From positions 1 to 64,000 of the IMG/VR virus record IMGVR_UViG_3300006919_000043: 64,000 bases of DNA; one strand, given 5' to 3'. Source of the DNA: a virus. Of the stretch, positions 9,708 to 18,798 are shown piece after piece; within the stretch, counting starts at the first letter, position 1; each line of letters opens with the position of its first letter. The translations under genes were made by a program, and so were the position numbers. The notes beneath the pieces are model-generated. The model was not told the DNA's origin. It did not search any database and saw only the letters and a program-made list of their open reading frames with translations.

Positions 9708-10303
9708 ATCTATTTTTCCTCCATCGTTTGGCGTGGCTTGCTGGCATTATGCACTGCGACAAACATGTGCCTAAGATGATTGTTGAAACATGTCAAATGC
9801 TATCAACGGCTCTCATGAAGCACACAGGACTGGGAGAGTTAATGCCGATGCGTGTTGACGGTAAGACCCCCTATTCGGGCAATAGTTATCCACACCATCC
9901 CAGCACTAAGTGGGTGGGCTTGACAAGAGCAAACTACCAGTGGGCTGTCGATCTGGGAATGTCATTACTCAATGAATACGAAAAGAGATTCGGCAAGACT
10001 CATGGTTGCACTGATGCTCTCCATCATTTCGCACAAAACGCTGATTGGATTCCGGACTTGACTGATGGAGTAATTACACCTATGGCACTGGCTATGGCTA
10101 CCCAGTATGATTACATCATTGAGGAACACCAGCACACCGACCGTGTGCAAGCATACCGTGATTTCTATGTCGCTGATAAGATACGATTCGCTAAGTGGGA
10201 AAAGGGCACACCAGCCCCACGCTGGTGGACAGAAGCCCTTGCTATACCACAGCCCACCGAACCCAGCAAACCGTTGGTTAAATACCCCGAACCCACTGGG
10301 TGA
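9704..10303 (+). CDS. pyrimidine-dimer DNA glycosylase / T4 endonuclease V-like protein
   Basis: MNLFFL..HCDKHVPKMIVETCQMLSTA..HPSTKWV..EYEKRFGKTH, typical of this phage family. Confidence 0.8.
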   Translation: MNLFFLHRLAWLAGIMHCDKHVPKMIVETCQMLSTALMKHTGLGELMPMRVDGKTPYSGNSYPHHPSTKWVGLTRANYQWAVDLGMSLLNEYEKRFGKTHGCTDALHHFAQNADWIPDLTDGVITPMALAMATQYDYIIEEHQHTDRVQAYRDFYVADKIRFAKWEKGTPAPRWWTEALAIPQPTEPSKPLVKYPEPTG

Positions 10304-10307
10304 TGAT

Positions 10308-10940
10308 ATGGCGAAGAAGAACAATATTCCGAAAGCACACCGAAATCCACCAAAACCAAAGGCGGAAAAGAAGAAGCGAAAGAAAAACCGCTTCGTTGAT
10401 TTAGAACAGATCCGAAGGTTGTTCACCACTAATCATTACGATGAAGAAACGCCCGAAACATTTGTCGTGAGCGAAGTTTTCTCTTGCTACAAACACCCCA
10501 AAGGCAAGCACAAGCCACTGGCATCTTCAATCAAGCAAGCCATCCGAAGAGAATGGAAACGCTGGGAAAAGCCCACATCAAAGGAGAGGCGACAGAAACA
10601 ATACAATCCTTACGACAACCCCGATATTACCCACCACATGAACCCAAGTGATAGGGCAACGATGATGAGGGTTGAATACCCTCAAGGAAAGCATGTTTAT
10701 GATAATTTTCAAAAGCAAAAGAATCCGCACAATGCGCTGGGTAATGTTGATGCTTTAGCACGAAAGATACAGCGAGATCTGACAAAGACAGAACAGCAAA
10801 TCCAGCGACTAAAGAAGGAATTACTTGCGGCTCAAACCAACCAATTGCGACTACAACAAAAACAGGGCAAACTCAACAATTTCCTTCAACATGATATGAC
10901 CGTTGAAGTAATTTCTCTTGTCGAAAACGACCTGCAATAA
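10308..10940 (+). CDS. basic hypothetical protein with C-terminal coiled coil
   Basis: ATG 10308 after GGTGA; TTAAATACCCCGA upstream; Lys-rich N-terminus. Confidence 0.65.
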   Translation: MAKKNNIPKAHRNPPKPKAEKKKRKKNRFVDLEQIRRLFTTNHYDEETPETFVVSEVFSCYKHPKGKHKPLASSIKQAIRREWKRWEKPTSKERRQKQYNPYDNPDITHHMNPSDRATMMRVEYPQGKHVYDNFQKQKNPHNALGNVDALARKIQRDLTKTEQQIQRLKKELLAAQTNQLRLQQKQGKLNNFLQHDMTVEVISLVENDLQ

Positions 10941-10946
10941 GGTGGG

Positions 10947-11297
10947 TTGTTCGTGACAAAACGCAAGCCACTCGATGTCTATGAATCCGATTTTATGGCG
11001 GCTGAAAGACATTACAGGAAAAAGAAAGACGACTGGGAATCAGTCATACAAGAATTACATGCCGATAGAGGATTGCTTCTCGGTTCGACACAATACGGTG
11101 ACTTCACTGGGGTTGAGCGTTGTGAATCATTATCCAAGATCGACACGGCCATTAAAGAAGCACATGAACACATAGCATGGTTGCGGGTGCTTCGTGACAA
11201 AACGGTGAGCATACCTTTCCCATACAAAAATAGAGCGAGGCGTGTTAGAAGGAGAGTGTCGGCACTTAGTGACGAAGCACTGGGGGTGAGTGAATGA
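10947..11297 (+). CDS. hypothetical protein
   Basis: 116-aa ORF in a tightly packed operon. Confidence 0.6.
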   Translation: MFVTKRKPLDVYESDFMAAERHYRKKKDDWESVIQELHADRGLLLGSTQYGDFTGVERCESLSKIDTAIKEAHEHIAWLRVLRDKTVSIPFPYKNRARRVRRRVSALSDEALGVSE

Positions 11298-11572
11298 TAT
11301 TATGGACTGACCCCGAAGATGAACAGCGAGTTTGCTACATCAGCATTAGTGACGCTGACCGTGCTGGCTGGCACGAAGCACTGGTCAAATTCCCCGATGA
11401 AGAGGATTTGGCACTGGCTACAAATATACTCAAAGAACAAGGATATGTTCGACCCAATAATAGGTGGGGTCGCAATTCATGGCACAAGGAGGAATCCACA
11501 TACATGAGGAAAACCGAAACCTATTGGACTATCAAAATGCGTAAAGGTGGTGAGGATGATGGAGATAATTAA
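11294..11572 (+). CDS. hypothetical protein
   Basis: ATGA coupling, GGTGA RBS. Confidence 0.6.
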   Translation: MILWTDPEDEQRVCYISISDADRAGWHEALVKFPDEEDLALATNILKEQGYVRPNNRWGRNSWHKEESTYMRKTETYWTIKMRKGGEDDGDN

Positions 11573-11738
11573 GACAGAAGGAATAACTGATGTGGATTGC
11601 CCCGATTGTGGGAGTCCTATGTATCGCTGGACTGATGGAGATCATCCAGTTAAGGGAATGACACCAAGACTCAAATGCACACAATGTGGTCGTTGGATAT
11701 ACCACACGCACCGTGTAATGGAGGCGATGGATAAATGA
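11556..11738 (+). CDS. small Zn-ribbon protein
   Basis: CPDCG...CTQCG. Confidence 0.65.
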   Translation: MMEIIKTEGITDVDCPDCGSPMYRWTDGDHPVKGMTPRLKCTQCGRWIYHTHRVMEAMDK

Positions 11739-12403
11739 CGACAGAAGTGGATATTGGTGCTTTACCACAGCCCAGTGAAGATGATTTTGTTTGGGCACAC
11801 AGACTATGGAATACCTTAGTCGTTAGTGACGAAACACAGGGTGTTTCGGGTGGCGTTTGGGATATGCCTAATGTTGGCCGTTACAGGAGAACGGGCGTTG
11901 CTGAATTGACACTGATAGAGATTCATGGGAACATGGCGGCTGATAGGTTCGGCATTACGCTATGGCATAAGCATGATTGGATTAGATTACTCGCTGACAG
12001 GATTGGGTGGTTTGTGCATAGTGATAAGGTTGAGAAGGCTGACTTCAATGAAGAAGCACAAGATCAAGACGAACCAGCATTAGAGGACATAGGGCGAGTA
12101 TTTGCTTGCGGTTGTGGCATGGTCTATACTTTACTGGATAATACAGCACAAGAAACGAGGCTCAAGGTGCCCGATGATGGATTGTGTTTGAATCCTAATT
12201 GCGACTTAATTATACCAGCACCGCACGCTGGTGTTCTAAACGCTGTGAATGATACAGCCGTGATTGCTAAAATGCAAGCACAGGAATACATTGAAATTGC
12301 TATGGATGAAGATGAATACCCTGCCCCACCGTTGGACACAAACGACGGGGATTTAGAGGCACTAATTGGCGAGCCGTTCACCGTTTTGAGCGAAGAAGAA
12401 TAA
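11735..12403 (+). CDS. hypothetical acidic protein with Zn-binding motif
   Basis: CGCG...CLNPNC; ATGA coupling. Confidence 0.7.
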   Translation: MTTEVDIGALPQPSEDDFVWAHRLWNTLVVSDETQGVSGGVWDMPNVGRYRRTGVAELTLIEIHGNMAADRFGITLWHKHDWIRLLADRIGWFVHSDKVEKADFNEEAQDQDEPALEDIGRVFACGCGMVYTLLDNTAQETRLKVPDDGLCLNPNCDLIIPAPHAGVLNAVNDTAVIAKMQAQEYIEIAMDEDEYPAPPLDTNDGDLEALIGEPFTVLSEEE

Positions 12404-12441
12404 TCGGCATGTTAATATAGGCTACCCTGTGTGGATAGACC

Positions 12442-12615
12442 ATGACAGGAGAGAACCCCCCGATTACAGGATTAAAATGCGTTGGCTGTGGCCGACCTAT
12501 GATAGCAAACCCAACCCGTGCTGATATTGCGAAGCAGGGCGAGAATGACAGTAAAAGATGCACCACTTGTATTGAAGTGGGCGATCTTTTCCTTATACTG
12601 GGGGGAGAGGCTTGA
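12442..12615 (+). CDS. small Zn-finger protein (57 aa, not in ORF track)
   Basis: MTGENPPITGLKCVGCGRPM...RCTTC; TTAATATA about 29 nt upstream; TTGA overlap with next gene. Confidence 0.65.
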   Translation: MTGENPPITGLKCVGCGRPMIANPTRADIAKQGENDSKRCTTCIEVGDLFLILGGEA

Positions 12616-12851
12616 GCGAAGAATTTACTCATACAATTGTTGCACACCAATATAGAGTTTGGCCGCACGAATACGAAGAAAGATACATTCAACATGGTGT
12701 TCTTGAAGAAACATCCGTTTCCGATGATAATGATGTGGTATATGACGGTGAATGGCGGGATGATGGAGAGCGTATGATGCGTTCTTTCATCGTTGGTTAT
12801 TTGACCGAAGAACAGGCTGATTTGATTAGAAAATGGAAGGTGATTTACTGA
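12612..12851 (+). CDS. hypothetical protein
   Basis: TTG start coupled to the upstream stop. Confidence 0.55.
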   Translation: MSEEFTHTIVAHQYRVWPHEYEERYIQHGVLEETSVSDDNDVVYDGEWRDDGERMMRSFIVGYLTEEQADLIRKWKVIY

Positions 12852-13642
12852 TGAGTAAGAAGAGATTTACAGAATTTGTTGAAGCATTAGATGATGGTCA
12901 AATAGAGTCAATGACTGGCGTTGGGGCAACCTTGCGTGATTTTGGCACATGTCTTGAGGCTGAATGGCTGAAAAGGAACGGTAAATTACTCAATGCTGAT
13001 GAACGCAAAGAGAACGATGGCCGACCTAATGCTGTCGCCAACCCAGTGGTTGATGTCGAAATACCGAATGTAATGTTCGTTACCCTTCAACCATGTGACG
13101 AGAACAATAAGACGAGGGGGCATGGCTATGCTAACGATGTCGGATTGTCGGATAAAGTCAAGACTGGTAATGTTCCACCCACACTGGTAGCGGAGATCTT
13201 GCTTGACAAACTAATTGGTATGCTTAACGGTAAGGTTGCTGACAAAGCACTTACCCAAGTCAAAGAAGCATTGAAGTCGGGTATGACCGTTGACAACGGT
13301 AAATTCAAATTCAACAAAGATGCGGCACCGCCACTAAAGCACGCTGTTGAAGTGGCCGAATGGATGGCTGAATTAAAGACATCATTCGTGGGCACTACCA
13401 ACGGTGCTACACACACCAGCATGGCTGTTGTGCCTATTCCTATGGATTACTCCACTCCACCAATAGCACAAACCGACACGGCAGACATCCCATCCCCTGC
13501 CGATGTGTTATTGCCGATTCCGGCCAACGGGGGTTCGGCTGATGTTTCGGCACAAACAGTGGAGGCAAGCCCCGATGTGGTCGCATCGGGCAATCCACCT
13601 TCTTTTATTGATGTATTTGGACAAATGGAGGGGGTCGAATGA
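12851..13642 (+). CDS. hypothetical protein
   Basis: ATG 12851 (TGATG overlap, GGTGA RBS); low-complexity C-terminus. Confidence 0.7.
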   Translation: MSKKRFTEFVEALDDGQIESMTGVGATLRDFGTCLEAEWLKRNGKLLNADERKENDGRPNAVANPVVDVEIPNVMFVTLQPCDENNKTRGHGYANDVGLSDKVKTGNVPPTLVAEILLDKLIGMLNGKVADKALTQVKEALKSGMTVDNGKFKFNKDAAPPLKHAVEVAEWMAELKTSFVGTTNGATHTSMAVVPIPMDYSTPPIAQTDTADIPSPADVLLPIPANGGSADVSAQTVEASPDVVASGNPPSFIDVFGQMEGVE

Positions 13643-13917
13643 ACCTTCAAGAAGTAATTGCTAAACTACAATTTATACTCGATGATGAGGAAATTATGTC
13701 TTACATTCACGAAAAAGAAGCGGCGCATGAAGATTTCAATGGTGAAAAACTGGCGTGGAATGAACAGAAAGGCTGGACTGTCCAAGAGGTTCTTGATGCA
13801 CAGGCCGAAGCCTATAATCAATTGAGTGCTGGTAATGAAACCTTAGACAGATCTGACTTCTCCGATGCGGAATGGGCTGAATGGATTGAAGAGATTTTAC
13901 AGGAGGAATCGGCATGA
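13639..13917 (+). CDS. small acidic hypothetical protein
   Basis: ATGA coupling; very E/D-rich. Confidence 0.6.
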   Translation: MNLQEVIAKLQFILDDEEIMSYIHEKEAAHEDFNGEKLAWNEQKGWTVQEVLDAQAEAYNQLSAGNETLDRSDFSDAEWAEWIEEILQEESA

Positions 13918-14303
13918 GTGATTCACCACAAGACACCAACATTTACTATGCCCGTATCAAGAAACTTCAAGAGTCTATTGACGAATTAGAACATGAACAT
14001 CAGCGCATGATTAAATGGATGGAGGGCATTGATGAAAGGCTCGGTGCGGTTGAAACAACCACCCATGATGAACAAATAGAGCGTAAATTAAACACGGCTG
14101 TTTGTGATAAGGTGGGAAAGACCATTGAAGATGCCATAGATGATGCACTTTCTTTTATTGATGTCGGTTCTCTTATGGTTGAAACCGCCAAAGCGGTCGA
14201 GGAATTGCATGAGAAATTGACGGAAAAATATCCCAATATGTATTTCGGCCAAGATCAGTTAGTCCGAAGGATGAATAAATGGAGGCGAGATAGTGTCCGA
14301 TAA
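13914..14303 (+). CDS. coiled-coil hypothetical protein
   Basis: ATGA coupling, heptad pattern. Confidence 0.65.
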   Translation: MSDSPQDTNIYYARIKKLQESIDELEHEHQRMIKWMEGIDERLGAVETTTHDEQIERKLNTAVCDKVGKTIEDAIDDALSFIDVGSLMVETAKAVEELHEKLTEKYPNMYFGQDQLVRRMNKWRRDSVR

Positions 14304-14607
14304 TCGTTACAATCAATCCTTGCATGGTAAGATTGAAACATCTTTCAGTGCTGGTGAAGAAGTCCATGTCTTGACACAAGATGCCCATGATAGCCGCATA
14401 ATGAACATTAGAGTCTATCGTGTTGCGCCAAACAGGACAGGTCATGTCGGTTACACAAAGAAGGGATTTTATCTTACAGAAGATGAAGCACTGGAATTGC
14501 GTGACATGCTCAATAAGTTACTAAGCGAGGAAAACATGTCCGAATTGTTTGATAAGACGGACAAAAAAATGAAGCCAGTATCTAACAAATTGGAGGCTAA
14601 AGAATGA
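14293..14607 (+). CDS. PC4/YdbC-like ssDNA-binding protein
   Basis: IMNIRVY...GYTKKGFYLTEDEALELRDML matches the PC4 pattern IR.....TKKG..L. Confidence 0.7.
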   Translation: MSDNRYNQSLHGKIETSFSAGEEVHVLTQDAHDSRIMNIRVYRVAPNRTGHVGYTKKGFYLTEDEALELRDMLNKLLSEENMSELFDKTDKKMKPVSNKLEAKE

Positions 14608-15080
14608 AGCCAAAGGCATTTTCTCAAGAATGGAAAGATTCGTATTTAGAAAAGTGTTACGATCTTGCTAATCACTTAATCGCCAGCGAAGGTTGGCGAC
14701 TGGCACCACCCATTGAAGGGGAATTAGATACATGGGTCGGGATATGCGATACTGCACACGACTTATGGCTGAATGCCGTTGGTCGCATAGGCAGGGCACC
14801 ACAGCCGTTGCTTGTGGATTGCCTGTATATATGTGCTAAACTGTCGGGCAACCGTGTTGGTATCAAGGCCATCAAGCGTGCGACTAAGGATTTGTGGGGC
14901 AAGAGCATAGAGGTATTGCCCCTTGACAGGAGAAGGGATAACAGGCGTTGGGTATGGGCATATCGCTACGAGATACTACAACACTATCCCGATGAAGCCG
15001 CATGGGAGGATTTCGTAGGTGCGTGGAGAGATAAAGTAGTCGATCCTGCATACTTTGATGAGGGTGAAAATCATGATTAG
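14604..15080 (+). CDS. single cyclin-fold (TFB/TFIIB repeat-like) protein
   Basis: GRAPQPLLVDCLYICAKLSGNRVGIKAI resembles the TFB repeat GR.P..laAa.lYia....g......ei. Confidence 0.5.
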   Translation: MKPKAFSQEWKDSYLEKCYDLANHLIASEGWRLAPPIEGELDTWVGICDTAHDLWLNAVGRIGRAPQPLLVDCLYICAKLSGNRVGIKAIKRATKDLWGKSIEVLPLDRRRDNRRWVWAYRYEILQHYPDEAAWEDFVGAWRDKVVDPAYFDEGENHD

Positions 15081-15130
15081 AGAATGGTTAGATCTGGTGT
15101 TTCGGCTCATAACATGGGATTGGTGATAGG

Positions 15131-15418
15131 ATGTTAGGTATTGACGAAGATGGATTTGAAATAGGCGCACGATGGGTGAACAATCACACTGGTGATGTAG
15201 CACGAATGGTGGGGGCTAACACTGTATGTATCGGCAATCGTGGTGTTCGTGTCTTTCGCTTAGAGTATGAAGATGGTTCGATATACAAAAGGGAGGCTGT
15301 CAAGTATAAGTTTGATTTTATCAGCAATTACGATGAGGAATCACTAAGAAAACATTTCACACATTTACCACCACTGGCCGAACATCTTGCCAGTATTTTA
15401 CCGGATAGCGAGGAATGA
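15131..15418 (+). CDS. hypothetical protein
   Basis: GGTGA RBS, ATGA coupling to the next gene. Confidence 0.6.
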   Translation: MLGIDEDGFEIGARWVNNHTGDVARMVGANTVCIGNRGVRVFRLEYEDGSIYKREAVKYKFDFISNYDEESLRKHFTHLPPLAEHLASILPDSEE

Positions 15419-16863
15419 GCATGAGCGTCAATTTCCGCCACATCTCCGCTTGCTGTCGCCAAGCATACAATGGTGTTAGGCGACCTGCGGTTGTAGCGGA
15501 ATCAGCGTTTGCGCTCTCTCCCCGTGATATACCACAACTGATAGACTTCTTTTACGAGGATAGTCGCATTGACAGGAAATTGACTGATGAGGATTTGCGT
15601 GAGATATTTTATCATCTCACCGACCTTTACCCCGAAGAATGTCAAGACGATCCCGACATCGTTGATTTATTGTCAAACCTTGCACCAAAGGATAAGGAAA
15701 CGAGAATGACATTTGCTTTTGCATATCAAAGAATGCAAGACATACTAAATGAAACAGACAACCGTATTCGTGCATTTGCTGTTCGTGTTGTGTTGAAGCG
15801 TAGTGAACCTAAAGACGCATACTGGTTCCTCCTTCGTTTGACACGAACCGCCAACCCTTTCAAGAGGCGTGATATTATACACGCACTGGCTAAACACTAC
15901 GACATACCGGCTGAAAGGTTGAAGCGTGAATCAATGTTCACTACATTGAAGGAATTGGCTGTTAGGGCTAATGAGGACAAACTGGTTGGTGTTCCCACTA
16001 TTGGTGAGCGTATGCTATTACCGCTACCAAGAAGGCACACCGACATAGAAAAGCCGTTCTCTAAGATGGCTATGGAGGTAATTCGTGGTGAAAGACTGAC
16101 GCTACATACACACCCGACATTCTATTGTTTGACATACGATCCGCATGGTGAACAAATTGATACTGACGACATAGACACTACACAATTAACAGCGTGCTTG
16201 CCGAATGGAATATACATCGTTGAACACACACCACAAGACGATTTCCCATTGAAAGTGTGTGATGCTTTGCATGTAGTGGACACTGATATTTTCGACAAAG
16301 ACTACAATGCAAGAAGGGAATGGCTTGAGGAAACTGTTTCGGATTTACTACTCAAAGAAATAGAGCGTGTTGATAACATGAAGCAAGTGATAGGTGCCGC
16401 ACCTAAGAATGGCGTTGTTTTCTTGCATAACCTTGAGGCGAACACTACCTTCACTACTTCACCTAATGAAACTGTATTGTTCAGCACAAAACACAGGGGA
16501 GAGGTATTCCGTGTGTTGGGTGGTGTGTGGAGGCATGAGCCAGCCAAAGGTCTTGCATTGACTGGCTGGCGTATTGGTGCCCGTGATGGGATCGATGGTT
16601 ACTATGAGGTTGGAACAATTACAGCCGAGCCGGATGTGCAAAAGCGTCTATTCCGTTTGACTGAAAAATCCACAGCCGCCGAAGGCACAAGGGTGGACAT
16701 GAAAGGTGCTACCTTTGTTGAGGTTGAAATCCATACAACCGACTATGATGAGCGAGGAATACACCTTCAAGGTATTATCACTGATTTAGCACCGAGTATG
16801 GGTATATCCGATGTGGTTGCTGTGGAGGATATTGAGTATTTGGTTGGTGATGTTGATGAATGA
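15415..16863 (+). CDS. ATP-dependent DNA ligase-like protein, apparently lacking the catalytic Lys
   Basis: DBD-NTase-OB layout; motif I region MEVIRGERLTLH, motif IIIa LKVCDAL..DYNARREWLE, OB-domain EVGTI and FVEVE. Confidence 0.65.
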   Translation: MSMSVNFRHISACCRQAYNGVRRPAVVAESAFALSPRDIPQLIDFFYEDSRIDRKLTDEDLREIFYHLTDLYPEECQDDPDIVDLLSNLAPKDKETRMTFAFAYQRMQDILNETDNRIRAFAVRVVLKRSEPKDAYWFLLRLTRTANPFKRRDIIHALAKHYDIPAERLKRESMFTTLKELAVRANEDKLVGVPTIGERMLLPLPRRHTDIEKPFSKMAMEVIRGERLTLHTHPTFYCLTYDPHGEQIDTDDIDTTQLTACLPNGIYIVEHTPQDDFPLKVCDALHVVDTDIFDKDYNARREWLEETVSDLLLKEIERVDNMKQVIGAAPKNGVVFLHNLEANTTFTTSPNETVLFSTKHRGEVFRVLGGVWRHEPAKGLALTGWRIGARDGIDGYYEVGTITAEPDVQKRLFRLTEKSTAAEGTRVDMKGATFVEVEIHTTDYDERGIHLQGIITDLAPSMGISDVVAVEDIEYLVGDVDE

Positions 16864-17224
16864 AAATGACATCGCTTTGTTGTATTTGGCTACAAATGCG
16901 AGGTTTAGAATTGCCTCACGCTTGACCACAAGAAGCCAAACTGGCTACCAAATACGCCCCGAATGCGATATTATGGGAAGAAAGACAATACCCGCTAAAG
17001 TAAGCAAATTACTCAAGTCGCAAGGGCTACCAGTCCAGCAACGCTATACTAAACCCGAACATCTAACGAGGTTATTGCGTTTAGTAAAGCCATTCAAAGA
17101 CTTCACTAAAGATCCCGAAGGCTATGAAAGTGTGGTGAATTGGGAACATTGGGATGAGGAACCTTTGAAAACTCATGCTGATGTGCTTGACATCTTAGGG
17201 AGGTTGGAAAATGAATCTGTTTGA
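16856..17224 (+). CDS. degenerate single-domain LAGLIDADG-fold protein
   Basis: LLYLATNARFRIASRLTTRSQTGYQIRPECDI...LLRLVKPF echoes I-CreI-type proteins but has no acidic catalytic residue. Confidence 0.45.
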   Translation: MNENDIALLYLATNARFRIASRLTTRSQTGYQIRPECDIMGRKTIPAKVSKLLKSQGLPVQQRYTKPEHLTRLLRLVKPFKDFTKDPEGYESVVNWEHWDEEPLKTHADVLDILGRLENESV

Positions 17225-17780
17225 AGATGAGTCATTGGACACAAACGACTGGTTCTCCGTGTGCCCTAATTCTGTGGATATTATATTTGAGGAAAAGAAG
17301 CATGGTTTGTTTTACACTATGCGCCAATTTATGACAAACTGGGATAGGTTGGAGGTTGCTAAGATGTTGTTGAAAACACAATCAAGCGAGCGCATGATAC
17401 TCGATACCATGAATTGCACAATCCCCAACAATCCAGTAATACAATTTGTAGCAAGGGAATTGACGCTTCGTGTTGACCCTAAGATCTTATTCACTATACT
17501 GGCACTGTCAAACGACGGCACCAGTCGAGGTAAGATATTGTTTCCCGATAAGCAGAAGGCTGTGCCAAAGCACCTGCTGAAAGTGTTTGGGTTGCGGCCA
17601 ACCGAAGGTGAGTGGTTTGAGCCAATTACTGGGAGAATAGAGAATGTTCGGGCTGTCGTTTCACTGTTGAAAGACAGCGATTATGAACACATCATACATG
17701 ATAAACCAACGGTCTTAAATTTTGAAGAAGAACAGGGCACTGCGACCCTGTTTAGCGGTGAATGGGGGTCAAGACAATGA
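17211..17780 (+). CDS. hypothetical protein, possibly an RFC large-subunit C-terminal (collar) remnant
   Basis: LFYTMRQFMTNWDRLEVAKML and C-terminal ATLF; lies directly upstream of RFC-S. Confidence 0.4.
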   Translation: MNLFEDESLDTNDWFSVCPNSVDIIFEEKKHGLFYTMRQFMTNWDRLEVAKMLLKTQSSERMILDTMNCTIPNNPVIQFVARELTLRVDPKILFTILALSNDGTSRGKILFPDKQKAVPKHLLKVFGLRPTEGEWFEPITGRIENVRAVVSLLKDSDYEHIIHDKPTVLNFEEEQGTATLFSGEWGSRQ

Positions 17781-17788
17781 CACCGAAT

Positions 17789-17802
17789 CTTTTATACCCA
17801 AG
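17789..17802 (+). promoter_or_regulatory. putative promoter of the core replication operon
   Basis: CTTTTATACCCAAG, a TATA box followed by CCC like the other viral promoters. Confidence 0.5.
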
Positions 17803-17837
17803 CCCCTATTGGGTTGAACCCTGCGAGAGATGATACT

Positions 17838-18797
17838 ATGACGCAATTATGGATGAAACACAGACCCGACCGATTGAACGATATGGTTGGGCTTGAGGAA
17901 TTGAAACTTGATGTTCCTAACTGGGTTGTCTATGAGCAAAACAAGCACAAACTCCGATGTGGTGGTGTTATCTTCTTTGGGTCAAGCGGCACTGGTAAAT
18001 CCAGTGGTGCGAGAGCCATAGGTATGGATCTTTTGGGCGATTCATTCTCGCAGAACTTTCACCCCTTCAATGCCTCCGATGATAGAGGAATACAATTTAT
18101 CCGTAACAGGTTGAAGCCTCTTGCTGAACAGCGAGCCGTTGGGCATGATTTCAAGATTATATTCCTTGATGAAGCCGATGGGTTGACTAATGATGCTCAA
18201 GACGCACTTAGAGAAATCATTGAGTCAACGGGCACACATGTCCTTTGGATATTGGCGTGTAACCGTATTGGTCGCATTATCCCAGCCTTGAGGTCAAGGC
18301 TACCTGCATACAATTTTACTCCCTTGAACGGTGATGATGCCGAAGGTTTCATCTTGCGTATCATAGAACAAGAGGACTTGCCTCAAGAATGGCTTGACTC
18401 CGTTCCACAATTGGTGAAGAAATACAAAGGTGATATGCGTGCCTGTTTGAAACTTCTCCAAACTCTCAATCCAAAAGACGCTGATGCTTTGAGTCGAAGC
18501 GTGGAGAAAGATACAGACGGGATTAGAAGTCTTTACTCGGCTATGGCTGGTGCTGGTGAATTGATTGAATTATCAAGCGATTTAGTAATACAGCGAGGTT
18601 ATTCCCGTGATGATATTATTGATGGTATGCACGATGCGATTATCCATCATTACAATGAAGGTGATGTGGGGCAAGCGGTTGCCCTCAAGCACCTTATGAT
18701 ACTGGGTCAGTGGGCGGCAAGATCTTCCGACTGGCTATCAAGCGATGTCCTATTCCTCCAATCAATGGTTGGGGATTACAGACAAAGAGGTTTTTGA
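17838..18797 (+). CDS. rfcS: replication factor C small subunit (clamp loader)
   Basis: W..KHRP, GSSGTGKS, NASDDRGI, LDEADGLT.DAQ.ALR, LRSR, GDMR. Confidence 0.95.
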   Translation: MTQLWMKHRPDRLNDMVGLEELKLDVPNWVVYEQNKHKLRCGGVIFFGSSGTGKSSGARAIGMDLLGDSFSQNFHPFNASDDRGIQFIRNRLKPLAEQRAVGHDFKIIFLDEADGLTNDAQDALREIIESTGTHVLWILACNRIGRIIPALRSRLPAYNFTPLNGDDAEGFILRIIEQEDLPQEWLDSVPQLVKKYKGDMRACLKLLQTLNPKDADALSRSVEKDTDGIRSLYSAMAGAGELIELSSDLVIQRGYSRDDIIDGMHDAIIHHYNEGDVGQAVALKHLMILGQWAARSSDWLSSDVLFLQSMVGDYRQRGF

Positions 18798-18798
18798 A

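Noticed and set aside
15073-15126. 17-codon ORF MIREWLDLVFRLITWDW after a GGTGA RBS
   Set aside because: It fills the gap neatly but is too short to support without conservation data.
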